A stretch of DNA of 64,000 nt from Candidatus Eiseniibacteriota bacterium (lineage in GTDB: Bacteria > Eisenbacteria > RBG-16-71-46 > SZUA-252): the NCBI GenBank assembly GCA_005893275.1, contig VBOW01000020.1, positions 23,870 to 87,869 of the forward strand, read 5' to 3'. The position numbers were made by a program, and so were the translations under genes. The notes beneath the pieces are model-generated. The model searched no databases. It was not told where the DNA came from and saw nothing but the letters and a program-made list of their open reading frames with translations. Below, piece after piece: positions 36,785 to 47,243 of the stretch (the first letter of the stretch is position 1; every line of letters begins with the position of its first letter).

Positions 36785-37780
36785 ATGACCAGACGCGAGC
36801 GGATTCGCACGACCCTCCAGGGCGGCCGCGTGGACCGGCCCGCGATGTCCTTGTGGCGGCATTTCTACGACCGGGAGGCCTCTGCGGCGGCTCTGGCCGA
36901 GGCCATGCTCTCATTCCAGAAGACGTACGACTGGGACTTCATGAAGGTGAACCCGCGCGCCTCGTATCACGTGGAAGATTGGGGAGTGCGGACGGAGAGG
37001 CCGGGCAACGGGCCGCTCGACAAGCCCACGGTGGTGGCATCCCCCGTGCGGGAACCCGGCGACTGGGACAGGATCCGTCCCCTCGATCCCACGAAAGGGA
37101 CGCTGGGAGAGATGCTCGACGCCGAGGAGCGGATCGCGGCGCAGGTTCAAGGGGACACCGACTGGCTCATGACCGTGTTCAATCCGATTTCGATCGCCGC
37201 GGACCTGGTGAACGACGACGCGGTCTTCGTGGATCACCTCCGCCGCCACGGCGAGCGGGTCCACGGCGCGCTCCGGGCGATCACGCAGACCTTTGCCGCG
37301 TTCGTCCGCGAGACGATGCAGCGAGGGTGCTCCGGGATTTTCTTCGCGACGACCGATTATGGGAACGCGACGGTGATCGACAAGGAGCTGCTCTTGGAAT
37401 TCGGCCGCCCCTATGACCTCCGCGTGCTCGACGAGGCGAAGCGCGGCCCGCTCAACGCGATTCACGTGTGCGGTCCGCGCGCGTTTCTGCGCGAGCATCT
37501 GGACTACCCGGTCTCGATCCTTTCGTGGGCCGCTCACGAGCCCACCAATCCCTCGATCGCCGACTTGAGGCCGCTCACCGAAAAGACCCTTCTTACCGGG
37601 ATCGACCATGAGGGCGTCATGGTTGACGGACCGGCCGAGGCCGTGCAGGCGCAAGCGCGCGCTGCGATCGAGGCGTCCGGCGGGACCCGCTTCATCCTGG
37701 GGCCCGGCTGCGCCGTCCCACCCACCGCGCCGGAGAGCCACTTCGCCGCCGCCAGGGAGGCCGTGCTCGCGTGCGCCTAG
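36785..37780 (+). CDS. Uroporphyrinogen decarboxylase (URO-D/MtaA-like) family protein
   Basis: [28 protein letters not shown]...[10 protein letters not shown]... is the URO-D family N-terminal signature. 331 aa. Confidence 0.7.
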   Translation: MTRRERIRTTLQGGRVDRPAMSLWRHFYDREASAAALAEAMLSFQKTYDWDFMKVNPRASYHVEDWGVRTERPGNGPLDKPTVVASPVREPGDWDRIRPLDPTKGTLGEMLDAEERIAAQVQGDTDWLMTVFNPISIAADLVNDDAVFVDHLRRHGERVHGALRAITQTFAAFVRETMQRGCSGIFFATTDYGNATVIDKELLLEFGRPYDLRVLDEAKRGPLNAIHVCGPRAFLREHLDYPVSILSWAAHEPTNPSIADLRPLTEKTLLTGIDHEGVMVDGPAEAVQAQARAAIEASGGTRFILGPGCAVPPTAPESHFAAAREAVLACA

Positions 37781-38154
37781 CCGCGTTCAAGTCGAAAATC
37801 CATCGCGCCACCGTCACCGAAGCCGACTTGAACTACGAAGGCTCGGTGACGATCGACGCGGATCTCATGGACGCCGCCGACATCCTCCCGCACGAGCAGG
37901 TCCAGATCCTGAACGTCAATAACGGCGAACGGTTCGACACCTACGCCATCCGCGGCGCGAGGGGATCGGGGGTCATTTGCCTCAACGGGCCCGCGGCGCG
38001 CCTCGCGCACGTCGGAGACACCGTGATCATCCTCACCTACGCGCTCGTGGAGCGCGAGGAGCTCCTCCGGCACGTTCCGACCATCGTGTACGTCGACGAA
38101 CGGAACCGAATCCGCCGCCCTGAGACGATTCAGGCGTCCAAGGAACGGAGCTGA
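37771..38154 (+). CDS. panD: Aspartate 1-decarboxylase
   Basis: [55 protein letters not shown]; the pyruvoyl-forming serine sits in the GS motif. Confidence 0.9.
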   Translation: MRLAAFKSKIHRATVTEADLNYEGSVTIDADLMDAADILPHEQVQILNVNNGERFDTYAIRGARGSGVICLNGPAARLAHVGDTVIILTYALVEREELLRHVPTIVYVDERNRIRRPETIQASKERS

Positions 38155-38155
38155 C

Positions 38156-39463
38156 ATGCGGCGCCTCGCGGCGGCTGCGTGGGCCGCCATCCTCCTTCTC
38201 GGAGCCGCCCCGCCCGCGCGCTCCACCTCCACCGCTCCCGCCAAGGAGAAGCCGGTGGTCGACGTCCTCACGGTGGAAGGCGCGATTCAGCCGATCTCGG
38301 CCCAGGTGATCGTCCAGGCGATCGCGCGGGCCGAACGTGATAAGCGCGAAGCGCTCATTATCAGGCTCGACACACCGGGCGGGCTCGACACCGCCATGCG
38401 CGACATCATCAAACGCATCCTCGTCTCCGAGGTTCCGGTTGTCGTCTACGTCGCCCCCGCCGGCAGCCGTGCCGCCTCCGCGGGGACCTTCATCGCCTAC
38501 GCCGCCCACGTCGCGGCCATGTCGCCGGGCACCTCGATCGGCGCCGCGACCCCCGTCAACTTGGGGGGAGGGGACACCGGCAAGGACCTGGCCCGGAAGG
38601 TGAGGAACGACGCCGTCAGCTATATCCGGTCCCTCGCCGCGCAACGCGGACGCAACGCCGACTGGGCGGAGAAGGCCGTGCGCGAGGGCGGCTCGCTCCC
38701 CGAAGACGAAGCCCTGAGGCTCCACGTCATCGACTACATCGCCCGCGACCTGAACGAGCTCCTGCGGCGGATGGACGGGAGGAGGGTCACGGTCGCGGGG
38801 CTCACGCGGACCCTGCACACGAAGGACGCCGTGACGCACGAGGTCGCGGCGAGCTGGCGGCAGAAGATCCTCGGCCGCATCCTCGATCCGAACATCGCGT
38901 ACATCCTCTTCATCCTCGGGTTCTACGGAATCCTTTTCGAGCTTTCGAACCCCGGGGCGATCCTGCCGGGCATTGTGGGCGGGATCTGTCTCCTCCTGGC
39001 ATTCCTCGCGTTCCAGGCTCTTCCGGTGAGCATGACCGGCTTGTTCCTGATTCTCTTCGCGATGCTGCTCTTCGCCGCGGACATCAAGGTGCAGAGCCAT
39101 GGCCTGCTCGCGGTGGGGGGAGTGGTGTCCCTTGTGCTCGGTTCTCTGGTGTTGTTGAGCGGAGACGGAGGCGCGATGCGCGTGTCGCTCTCGGTGATCG
39201 TTACGGTGACGGTCGCGACGATGCTATTCTTTGCCTTCGTGGTCGGCGCCGGAGTTCGCGCGCTGAAGCGAAAACCTCTCACCGGCCGGGAAGGGCTCGT
39301 GGGAGAGCGCGGCGTGGCGTTGACGGAGCTTGGCCCCCACGAGGGGAGGATTTTCGTGCACGGGGAATACTGGGAGGCGGAAGCGGACGAGCGAATCGAG
39401 AAGGGAGCGCCCGTGGTCGTCGATCGCGTCGACGGCATGCGGCTGCGCGTCCGGAGAGCTTAG
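38156..39463 (+). CDS. NfeD-family membrane-bound ClpP-class serine protease
   Basis: Signal peptide. ClpP-like domain [15 protein letters not shown]...[31 protein letters not shown]. Multi-TM. C-terminal OB-fold. Confidence 0.8.
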   Translation: MRRLAAAAWAAILLLGAAPPARSTSTAPAKEKPVVDVLTVEGAIQPISAQVIVQAIARAERDKREALIIRLDTPGGLDTAMRDIIKRILVSEVPVVVYVAPAGSRAASAGTFIAYAAHVAAMSPGTSIGAATPVNLGGGDTGKDLARKVRNDAVSYIRSLAAQRGRNADWAEKAVREGGSLPEDEALRLHVIDYIARDLNELLRRMDGRRVTVAGLTRTLHTKDAVTHEVAASWRQKILGRILDPNIAYILFILGFYGILFELSNPGAILPGIVGGICLLLAFLAFQALPVSMTGLFLILFAMLLFAADIKVQSHGLLAVGGVVSLVLGSLVLLSGDGGAMRVSLSVIVTVTVATMLFFAFVVGAGVRALKRKPLTGREGLVGERGVALTELGPHEGRIFVHGEYWEAEADERIEKGAPVVVDRVDGMRLRVRRA

Positions 39464-39474
39464 GGGGGAAGGCG

Positions 39475-40239
39475 ATGGTTTCTATTTCCGCGGCGGTGCT
39501 GATCTTTCTGGCGATCCTGGTGCTCTCGAGCGCCATCAAGGTGCTTCGCGAATACGAGCGCGGGGTGGTGTTCCGCCTGGGGCGGGCGATCGGTGCCAAG
39601 GGTCCGGGTCTCATCCTTCTCATCCCCGTGGTCGACAAGATGGTGCGCGTGCAGCTCCGCACGGTCGCCATGGACGTGCCGCCGCAGGACGTGATCACAA
39701 AGGACAACGTGACGGTCAAGGTGAACGCGGTGATCTATTTCCGCGTCCTCGACGCGAACCGTGCCGTCCTCGAGGTGGAGAACTACCTCTACGCAACGTC
39801 CCAGATCGCGCAGACCACGCTGCGCAGCACCCTGGGTGAGTCGGATCTGGACGAGCTGCTCTCGAACCGCGAAAAGATAAACCAGGAGCTCCAGCTCGTG
39901 ATCGACCGCCACACGGAGCCGTGGGGAATCAAGGTAAGCACCGTCGAGGTGAAGAACGTCGATTTGCCTCAGGAAATGCAGCGTGCCATCGCCCGGCAGG
40001 CGGAAGCGGAGCGCGAGCGGCGCGCCAAGGTGATCAACGCGGAAGGCGAGCTTCAAGCGTCGAAGAAGCTCTCCGAGGCGGCCGCGGTCATCGCCACGCA
40101 GCCGCTCGCGATGCAGCTCCGGTACCTTCAAACGCTGGCCGAGATCGCGACCGAAAACAACTCGACGACGATCTTCCCGATACCCATCGATCTGTTCGAG
40201 CCGATCATTCGGGCGAGGCTCGCCCAGCCGAAAACGTAA
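39475..40239 (+). CDS. SPFH/Band 7 (stomatin-like) protein
   Basis: [72 protein letters not shown] conserved operon partner of NfeD. Confidence 0.9.
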   Translation: MVSISAAVLIFLAILVLSSAIKVLREYERGVVFRLGRAIGAKGPGLILLIPVVDKMVRVQLRTVAMDVPPQDVITKDNVTVKVNAVIYFRVLDANRAVLEVENYLYATSQIAQTTLRSTLGESDLDELLSNREKINQELQLVIDRHTEPWGIKVSTVEVKNVDLPQEMQRAIARQAEAERERRAKVINAEGELQASKKLSEAAAVIATQPLAMQLRYLQTLAEIATENNSTTIFPIPIDLFEPIIRARLAQPKT

Positions 40240-40251
40240 CCAGGAGGTCTG

Positions 40252-41649
40252 ATGAACGGCGAACGCTTCGACGTCGCCATCTTGGGCGGCGGACCAGGCG
40301 GGTACGTCGCCGCGATCCGGGCGGGCCAGCTCGGGCTCAAGACGGCGCTCGTCGAGAAGGAGAAGGTGGGCGGCACGTGCCTTCACCTGGGCTGCATTCC
40401 CACGAAGGCGCTGCTCGAGACCGCCGAGGTCCTCCTGCTCGCCCGTCGCGCCGGGGAGTTCGGGGTTCGAGTCTCGGAGGCCTCCCTGGATCTGAAGGCC
40501 GCGATGGAGCGAAAAGACCGCGTCGTGAAGAAGAACCTCATGGGCACCGAGTCCCTGCTCAAGAAGAACAAGGTCGTCACGATCAAAGGAGAGGGCCGGC
40601 TCAAAGCCAAGGACCGGATCGCGGTGACCGACGCCGTCGGCGGGACGAGCGATGTCCAAGCGGGGGCGATCGTGCTCGCGACCGGATCGCGCGTGGGTTC
40701 GCTGCCCATGGTGCCGGTGGACGGCCGCGTCGTGCTTTCGAGCGACGACATCTTGAGCCTGGACCGGGTCCCGGAATCGCTGCTCGTGATCGGCGCGGGA
40801 GCGGTGGGAGTCGAATTCGCGTCCATCTATCACTCGTTCGGTTCCAAGGTGATCCTGATCGAGAGGGAGCCTCGGCTCGTGCCGCTCGAGGACGCCGACA
40901 TTTCCGAGGCGCTCCAGCGCTCGTTCACACGGCAGGGCATGGAGGTCCTGGTCGGCGCTTCGATCAAGAGCGTGCGCGTGGAAGGGGATCAAGCGTGGAG
41001 TGAGGTCGAGACCCAGGGCAAGGTCGAGCGCTATCATACCGAGCGCGTGCTGATGGCGGCGGGACGGAAGCCGCGCACGGACGGCATCGGGCTCGAGGCG
41101 CTGGGCGTCACGGTGGAACGCGGGTTCGTTCGCGTGAGCGAGTATATGGAGACGAGCGTTCCCGGGGTCTATGCGATCGGGGACATCGTCCCCGGCCCGG
41201 CGCTCGCGCACGTCGCCTCGCACGAGGGCATCGCCGCGGTCGAGAAAATCGCCGGCAGGCACCCGCACCCGGTGAATTACGAGGCGATCCCGAGTTGCAC
41301 CTACTGCCATCCGCAGGTCGCGAGCGTCGGCATGACCGAGGCGCAGGCGCGCGCTTCGGGGCGGGCGGTCAAGATCGGCAAGTTCCCGTTCATCGCGAAT
41401 TCCAAGGCCGGGATCCTGGGGGAAGGAGACGGTTTCGTGAAGGCGGTCGCCGATGCCTCGAGCGGGGAGCTTCTGGGGGTTCACATCATCGGTGTGCTGG
41501 CGACCGAGCAGATCGCGGAATCCGTGGTCGCGCGCCACTTCGAGGCGACCGCGCTCGAGCTGGCCGACGTCGTTCACGCGCACCCGACGCTGGCGGAAGC
41601 GACGATGGAGGCCATGTTCGCGACCGATGGACGATCGATCCACTTCTGA
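40252..41649 (+). CDS. lpdA: Dihydrolipoyl dehydrogenase
   Basis: FDVAILGGGPGGYVAAIRAGQLGLKTALVEKEKVGGTCLHLGCIPTKALL has the redox-active CLHLGC disulfide. Confidence 0.9.
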   Translation: MNGERFDVAILGGGPGGYVAAIRAGQLGLKTALVEKEKVGGTCLHLGCIPTKALLETAEVLLLARRAGEFGVRVSEASLDLKAAMERKDRVVKKNLMGTESLLKKNKVVTIKGEGRLKAKDRIAVTDAVGGTSDVQAGAIVLATGSRVGSLPMVPVDGRVVLSSDDILSLDRVPESLLVIGAGAVGVEFASIYHSFGSKVILIEREPRLVPLEDADISEALQRSFTRQGMEVLVGASIKSVRVEGDQAWSEVETQGKVERYHTERVLMAAGRKPRTDGIGLEALGVTVERGFVRVSEYMETSVPGVYAIGDIVPGPALAHVASHEGIAAVEKIAGRHPHPVNYEAIPSCTYCHPQVASVGMTEAQARASGRAVKIGKFPFIANSKAGILGEGDGFVKAVADASSGELLGVHIIGVLATEQIAESVVARHFEATALELADVVHAHPTLAEATMEAMFATDGRSIHF

Positions 41650-42661
41650 GCGGCTCGCGTCGCCGGCCGGAGCCTCCTCGCCCGCCCCGCCGCGGGGCGC
41701 GCCGATTCCGCTCGGGCTCGCCTCCGATAGACGAAGCGAGGCGGGCGAGAAGCGAAAGCCGCTCCGCTCCTATCACAGGCTGAGCGCCGAGGCGCCTCCC
41801 CCTCGACGGCCGGAATGGCTCAAGGCGAAGATTCCGGCCGGCAAGGAGTACCTCGAGACCAAGGCGATTCTCCGCACGCTCGATCTCCACACCGTGTGCG
41901 AGAGCGCGAACTGCCCGAATATCGGCGATTGTTTCTCGCGTCACACCGCGACCTTTCTCATTCTGGGAAACATCTGCACGCGTGCCTGTCCCTTCTGCGA
42001 CATCCGGAGCGGGAAGCCGCTCCCGGTCGATCCCGAAGAGCCCGGCCGCGTGGCCGAAGCCGCGCGCCGGCTCGGGCTCCATTACGTCGTCGTGACCTCG
42101 GTCAACCGGGACGAGCTTCCCGACGGCGGGGCCTTCCAATTCGCCGCCACGATCCGCGCCATTCGGTCCGAGATCCCGGCCGCGCGGGTGGAGGTTCTGA
42201 TTCCCGACTTCTTGGGAAACGGCGACGCGTTGCGGAGCGTGCTCACGGCCGGGCCGGACGTCTTGAACCACAACATGGAGACGGTCCGGAGGCTCTATCC
42301 GCGCGTCCGGCCCGCCGGAAGGTACGACCGTTCGCTCGAGCTCTTGCGGCGGGTCACGCTGATGACGCCGAAGATCCCGGCCAAGTCGGGGATCATGCTC
42401 GGCGTGGGGGAGACCGTGGAGGAGGTGGAGGAGCTCTTGCGTGACCTGAAGGCACACGGGTGCTCGATGGTGACGCTGGGGCAATACCTGCCGCCCTCGG
42501 GATCGCACCTGCCGCTCGAGCGCTACGCTCCTCCGGAGGAATTCGCCCATTACCGGGAGTACGGGCTCGCCCTCGGGTTCCGCCAGGTAGCTTCGGGGCC
42601 CCTCGTGCGCAGCTCGTATCACGCCGAAGAGCAGGCGGGCGAAACCATCCTCGTCTCCTGA
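41627..42661 (+). CDS. lipA: Lipoyl synthase
   Basis: PEWLKAKIP...CESANCPNIGDCF...ICTRACPFCDI carries both Cys clusters. ATG at 41627 overlaps the lpdA 3' end by 23 nt. The track ORF 41453-42661 is an over-extension. Confidence 0.85.
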   Translation: MDDRSTSERLASPAGASSPAPPRGAPIPLGLASDRRSEAGEKRKPLRSYHRLSAEAPPPRRPEWLKAKIPAGKEYLETKAILRTLDLHTVCESANCPNIGDCFSRHTATFLILGNICTRACPFCDIRSGKPLPVDPEEPGRVAEAARRLGLHYVVVTSVNRDELPDGGAFQFAATIRAIRSEIPAARVEVLIPDFLGNGDALRSVLTAGPDVLNHNMETVRRLYPRVRPAGRYDRSLELLRRVTLMTPKIPAKSGIMLGVGETVEEVEELLRDLKAHGCSMVTLGQYLPPSGSHLPLERYAPPEEFAHYREYGLALGFRQVASGPLVRSSYHAEEQAGETILVS

Positions 42662-42679
42662 CCGGGCTTAGGCCGCCCG

Positions 42680-44071
42680 CTAGAGGAGCGTCCCGGAGAG
42701 GACGATCCGCGCCGTCGTGAAGTAGATCACGAGCCCCGTCACGTCCACGAGCGTCGCCACGAAGGGCGCCGACGCGCTCGCCGGATCGAACCCAAGCCTT
42801 CGCAGAAGGAACGGAAGCATCGAGCCCACGAGCGTGCCCCAAAGCACCACGCCCACCAGGCTGGCCGCCACGGTGAGCGCCACGAGCAGGTGGTACGGGC
42901 CGTAGGTATGGAACAGCGCCTGCCAGGTGAGAATGCGGATCACGCCGATCGTGGCGAGAATCAGCCCGAGGCCCAAACCGGAAAAAATTTCGCGGCGCAC
43001 GACGCGCCACCAGTCGCGCAGCCGGACCTCCCCCAGCGCCATGGCCCGGATGATCAAGGTCGTCGCCTGGCCGCCCGAGTTCCCGCCGCTCGAGATCACG
43101 AGCGGAACAAAGAGCGCCAGAACGACGGCGCGGCCGATCTCGGCTTCAAAGTACCCCATCGCCGTCGCGGTCAGCGTCTCGCCGATGAAGAGGGCGGCCA
43201 GCCAGCCGGCGCGCTTCTTGATCATGTCCATGATCCCGATCCGGAGATAGGGCGCGTCGAGCGCGGCCGTTCCGCCGATCTTCTGGATATCCTCGGTGGC
43301 TTCCTCGCGGACGACGTCCACGATGTCGTCCAGGGTCACGATGCCCTTCATGCGGCCCTCTGCGTCCACGACCGGAAACGACACGAGGCGATATGTGGCG
43401 AAGAGGCGGCTCAGGTCCTCCTGGTCCATCGCCTCGGGCACCGTGATCAGGTCGGTCTGCATCAGCTCTTCGACCCGCTGCTCCGGTCTCGCCGACAAGA
43501 GCTTTCGGAAGGAAACGACGCCGCGCAGCTTCTGCTCGGGATCGAGCACGTAGGCGTAATACATCGCCCCGGCGCGATCCGCAGCTTGACGTCTCAAGTA
43601 GGTGATCGCCTCATCGACGCTCATGTCGGGGCGGACACGGACGTAGCGTGGGTTCATGAGCCCGCCCGCGTCGTCCTCGGCGTACGCAAGCAGCCCGTTC
43701 ACTTCCTTTCGAGTCGTGTCGTCGAGGAGGGCCAGGATTTCCTCCCGCTCTTCGGGCGGGATTTCCTGAATCAGGTCCGCCGCGTCGTCCGGCGCGAGAA
43801 GGCGGATCCAGGAGCGGCGCTCGGCGTGAGGCAGCGCGCGCAGAAGCTCCGCCTGGTCGCGCGCGCTCAAGCTCAGGAAAAGATCCTCGGCCTCGGGGCG
43901 CGGCAATGCCTGAAAGCTTTCCAAGCGGTCCTCGGGGACGAGCAGGTTCCATGCTTCGAGAAGATCCTCGGCTGCGAGGCGCTCGGCGACATTGGACTCG
44001 GGATTGGGAGGCGGCATGGGATCCCCCTGGTACGGTCGGGTATCGCTCTCCGGCGAAGAGCGCGGGCGCAC
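42680..44071 (-). CDS. mgtE: Magnesium transporter MgtE
   Basis: N-domain, tandem CBS (VRVRPDMSVDEAITYL.../...VVDAEGRMKGIVTLDDIVDVV) and TM domain. The start may be the internal ATG at 44020. Confidence 0.85.
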   Translation of the reverse strand: MRPRSSPESDTRPYQGDPMPPPNPESNVAERLAAEDLLEAWNLLVPEDRLESFQALPRPEAEDLFLSLSARDQAELLRALPHAERRSWIRLLAPDDAADLIQEIPPEEREEILALLDDTTRKEVNGLLAYAEDDAGGLMNPRYVRVRPDMSVDEAITYLRRQAADRAGAMYYAYVLDPEQKLRGVVSFRKLLSARPEQRVEELMQTDLITVPEAMDQEDLSRLFATYRLVSFPVVDAEGRMKGIVTLDDIVDVVREEATEDIQKIGGTAALDAPYLRIGIMDMIKKRAGWLAALFIGETLTATAMGYFEAEIGRAVVLALFVPLVISSGGNSGGQATTLIIRAMALGEVRLRDWWRVVRREIFSGLGLGLILATIGVIRILTWQALFHTYGPYHLLVALTVAASLVGVVLWGTLVGSMLPFLLRRLGFDPASASAPFVATLVDVTGLVIYFTTARIVLSGTLL

Positions 44072-44218
44072 ATCCTAGTGGATCGATCGGCCGGGCATCA
44101 ACCGCGGCTTGGTTAACCCGTTTGTAATAGGCTACTTATGAGGAACGGTCCATCGCCTTCGGGCCGTTTCATTTCGCGTGGACAGCGCCGGGCCGGCTGA
44201 ATAGACTGAAGCGATCCC

Positions 44219-47149
44219 GTGAGACATTCCCCGCACCTACGCCTCCTTGTCGCGGCCATTCCGCTCCTTCTCGGCGTCCTCCCTCGGCAAAGCGTTTCCG
44301 CGAAGCAGGCTCCTCCACCCGGACGCGGCGCCTCGGAGCTCATCGCCGTCGTCGATGGGATCCCGATCACCAATCTCGAGTGGGACCGCCTCGCGGATCC
44401 GTACTTCGCGGAGATCGAGGCTCGCGCGGGACGAAAACTCACCGACGAGGAGAAGGGGCTGCTTCGCAAGAACGTTCTGAACGAGCTTGTCCGCGAACGG
44501 CTCTGGGTAGCGGACGCCAAGCGGCGAGGATTCACGGCGACCGAGGCGGAGCTCGACGCGCGGCTTCAGCGAAACGACTACTTCAAGACGAAGGGGAAAT
44601 TCGATCCGGCGAAGTTCCGGGAGTTCAAGTTCTCGCCGGCGTCCAACTACCGGCAGATCGTGGGCCAGGTCCAAAACGCGGTGCTGCTCGATAAGTACGT
44701 CGCCTGGATGAAGGCCCGTTACGCCGTGCCCGAGGCAGAGCTCAGGAAAGAGTTCGTGAAGAGGACGGCGCAGGCGTCGATCCGTTACCTCTGGCTGACG
44801 CCCGACGTGGTCTCGCTCGAGGCGCAGGCGACCGTCGGGCAGATGCGCGCCTACTACGACGGTCATGCCGACGAGTTCAAGGGCGCCGAGGAAGCCCGCT
44901 TGACCTATATCCGCGTGCCGATCGAAACGACGGGGCTCACGTCGGACACCCTCCGCGCCATCGCCCGAGCCCGCGCCCTCGGCGCAGCGAAGGGCCTTCT
45001 CGCCTCGGTGAAGGCCGCCCGATCCGCCGATGCCGCGGCGAGGGAATTCGGCGGAGTCAAGGACACGGGGTTATTCCGGGTAGGCGAGCCGATCCGGGGA
45101 CTCGGGAGGTCGGACGCGCTGACGAATGCGATCCGGGCGGCCCAGCCGAAGCAATGGCTCCCGGAACCTATCGGCGTGGGACCCGATTACGTCGTGGCCA
45201 GGCTCGAGGAGCACCACGAGCCGGCCGTGCGGCCGTTTCGGGAGGCGGTCGGTCTCGCGAAACGACGCGCCGACGGTCTGCTCCGCGAGGCGCAGCTCGA
45301 CTCGCTGGCCCGCCTGGATTATGCCTCGCGCCCCGACCGTTATCGCGTGCCGCTCCTCCGCGCTTCGGTCATCGCACGCGCCACGGATTCGTTTCTGGAT
45401 TCGCGTCCCGCTTCAGACCACGACATCGCCAGGGCGCTGGAGCGGATCCGAAGATCATCGGGAATCCCGGACACGGCGCACGCCTGGGCGGACTCAGTCC
45501 TGAAAACCCTTCCGGACCTGGTCCGGAAGGAGCGCCGGCTCGACCTTGCGTTCAAGGCGATGGGAGAGGCATCCGCGCGCCTCAAGCGTGGCGAGCGCCC
45601 CGAGGAGGTGGCCCGCCGTTTCGGCGCCACGCTGGATCAGGTCTCGATCTACCAGGGGCAGCCTCCCGAGGCGCCGAGCCTCGTCGAGGGAGGGCTGCTG
45701 GATTCCCTCTACAAGAAAAGCCCTGGAACGCTGGTGGGCCCGCGCGTCCTCCGCGATTCGGTTTTCGTCGTCCGCGTAACGGACGTGGATGCCAAGTTCC
45801 TTCCGGCGTACGAGGCGGTTCGCGGCATCGCCCGCGCCGAGGCCGAGCTGATGCGCCGGACCGAGACGGAAAAGGAGGCCGAGGGCTATTTCGAATCCCA
45901 CCGCGAGCGATACCGGACGCCTCAGCGCTGGGCGTTCGATTACGTCTTGTTCCGGAAATCGAAGCCGGACTCCGTGCCGGTCCCGGAGGATTCGATCCGG
46001 GCCTATTACGACCAGCACCCGCTCGAATTCACCGTCCCGGCCCGGGCGCACGCGCGGCACATTCTGATCGCCTACCGTCCTGGGGACGGACCGGGGGCGC
46101 GAGGCGCGGCCCGCAAAAAGGCGCTCGATCTCCTGAAGCGGGTCAAGGACGGGGAGGATTTCGGCGCGCTCGCCAGGGAATACTCCGACGACCGGGACAC
46201 GGCCGCAAAAGGGGGGGACTTGGGCGAGATCACGCGCGGCGAGGTCGCGAAGGAGTTCGGCGATTTCGTGTTCGCGCTCAAGCCGGGGCAAACCGGCGAG
46301 CTCCTCGAGAGCAAGTACGGTTTCCACATCATCCGGCTCGAGGGCATGACGCCCCAGCGACTCCGCACGCTCGAGGAGTGTCGCGCGGAGATCCACGGCG
46401 TCTTGGGCGAGGGCGTCGCCGATTCGCTCGCGCGCGGCGAGGCGGCGGCGTTTTCGGCGGCCGCGTCGAAGCCCGAGGCGCGATTCGAGGAGCTGGCCAA
46501 GCCGTACGGCGGGGCCTCGACGAGCGGTCCGCTCGCACGGCTCGAGCCGATTCCCGGCTTGGGCCCTCTTCCCGCGATCGAGTCGGTCATCGGATCCCTG
46601 CCGGAGGGGGGCGTCTCGCATCCGATCGCCGTGGAGGCGGGCTACGTCGTGGCCCGGCTCACGAGCTCCGTGGCGCCCCGCCCGGCCGTCTTCCGCGAGG
46701 TGAAGGAGGAAGTGCTTCGCGACATGCTGACCGAGAGGAAGCGCGCGCTGGCGGATTCCATCGACGCGGCGCTCGCGCAGGGTCTCCGATCGGGGAAGGA
46801 TCTCGAAACCCTGGCTCTGCCGCTCGGCGGCCTCAGGGTATCGCGATTCTTCCCGCGGCACGGGCCGATCCCGGATCTGGCGCGTGACTCGCTTCTCTCG
46901 AGGGATTCCACCCTCTACGACGAGATCTTCTCGTCGCGCTCGGGGAACGTGCTCAAGCCGCGGACCGGATCGCTCGGAAGGCTTTACGCCGTGGTGGACT
47001 CGCTCATCGCGCCGAGCCCGAAGCAATACGCGGAGCACCGGGAGGAGCTGAGGGAGGAGCTCTTCGAGCAGCGATCGGCCGCCTGGACCGACCGGCTCAG
47101 GGCGCAGGGGAAAATCCAGATCTACCGGAAGGACCTGAAGCTCGAATAG
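44219..47149 (+). CDS. Large periplasmic chaperone/peptidyl-prolyl isomerase (SurA-N-like region + PpiC/parvulin domain), 976 aa
   Basis: Signal peptide MRHSPHLRLLVAAIPLLLGVLPRQSVSA. Parvulin domain ARHILIAY...GGDLGEITRGEVAKEFGDFVFALKPGQTGELLESKYGFHIIRLEG. Confidence 0.7.
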   Translation: MRHSPHLRLLVAAIPLLLGVLPRQSVSAKQAPPPGRGASELIAVVDGIPITNLEWDRLADPYFAEIEARAGRKLTDEEKGLLRKNVLNELVRERLWVADAKRRGFTATEAELDARLQRNDYFKTKGKFDPAKFREFKFSPASNYRQIVGQVQNAVLLDKYVAWMKARYAVPEAELRKEFVKRTAQASIRYLWLTPDVVSLEAQATVGQMRAYYDGHADEFKGAEEARLTYIRVPIETTGLTSDTLRAIARARALGAAKGLLASVKAARSADAAAREFGGVKDTGLFRVGEPIRGLGRSDALTNAIRAAQPKQWLPEPIGVGPDYVVARLEEHHEPAVRPFREAVGLAKRRADGLLREAQLDSLARLDYASRPDRYRVPLLRASVIARATDSFLDSRPASDHDIARALERIRRSSGIPDTAHAWADSVLKTLPDLVRKERRLDLAFKAMGEASARLKRGERPEEVARRFGATLDQVSIYQGQPPEAPSLVEGGLLDSLYKKSPGTLVGPRVLRDSVFVVRVTDVDAKFLPAYEAVRGIARAEAELMRRTETEKEAEGYFESHRERYRTPQRWAFDYVLFRKSKPDSVPVPEDSIRAYYDQHPLEFTVPARAHARHILIAYRPGDGPGARGAARKKALDLLKRVKDGEDFGALAREYSDDRDTAAKGGDLGEITRGEVAKEFGDFVFALKPGQTGELLESKYGFHIIRLEGMTPQRLRTLEECRAEIHGVLGEGVADSLARGEAAAFSAAASKPEARFEELAKPYGGASTSGPLARLEPIPGLGPLPAIESVIGSLPEGGVSHPIAVEAGYVVARLTSSVAPRPAVFREVKEEVLRDMLTERKRALADSIDAALAQGLRSGKDLETLALPLGGLRVSRFFPRHGPIPDLARDSLLSRDSTLYDEIFSSRSGNVLKPRTGSLGRLYAVVDSLIAPSPKQYAEHREELREELFEQRSAAWTDRLRAQGKIQIYRKDLKLE

Positions 47150-47243
47150 GATCGTGCTTGCGCCGGGTCCGGTTCCTCCCTAGCATCCGGGCTACCTCGC
47201 GCTTCACACCACCGCGGTCCCGCTCCCGGGGGAGAACACTGGG

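Noticed and set aside
44072-44218. Possible Mg2+ (M-box) riboswitch in the mgtE 5' leader
   Set aside because: Neither strand shows the conserved M-box GTTAGGTGAGGC core or its paired helices. It is only an unstructured-looking 147-nt leader.
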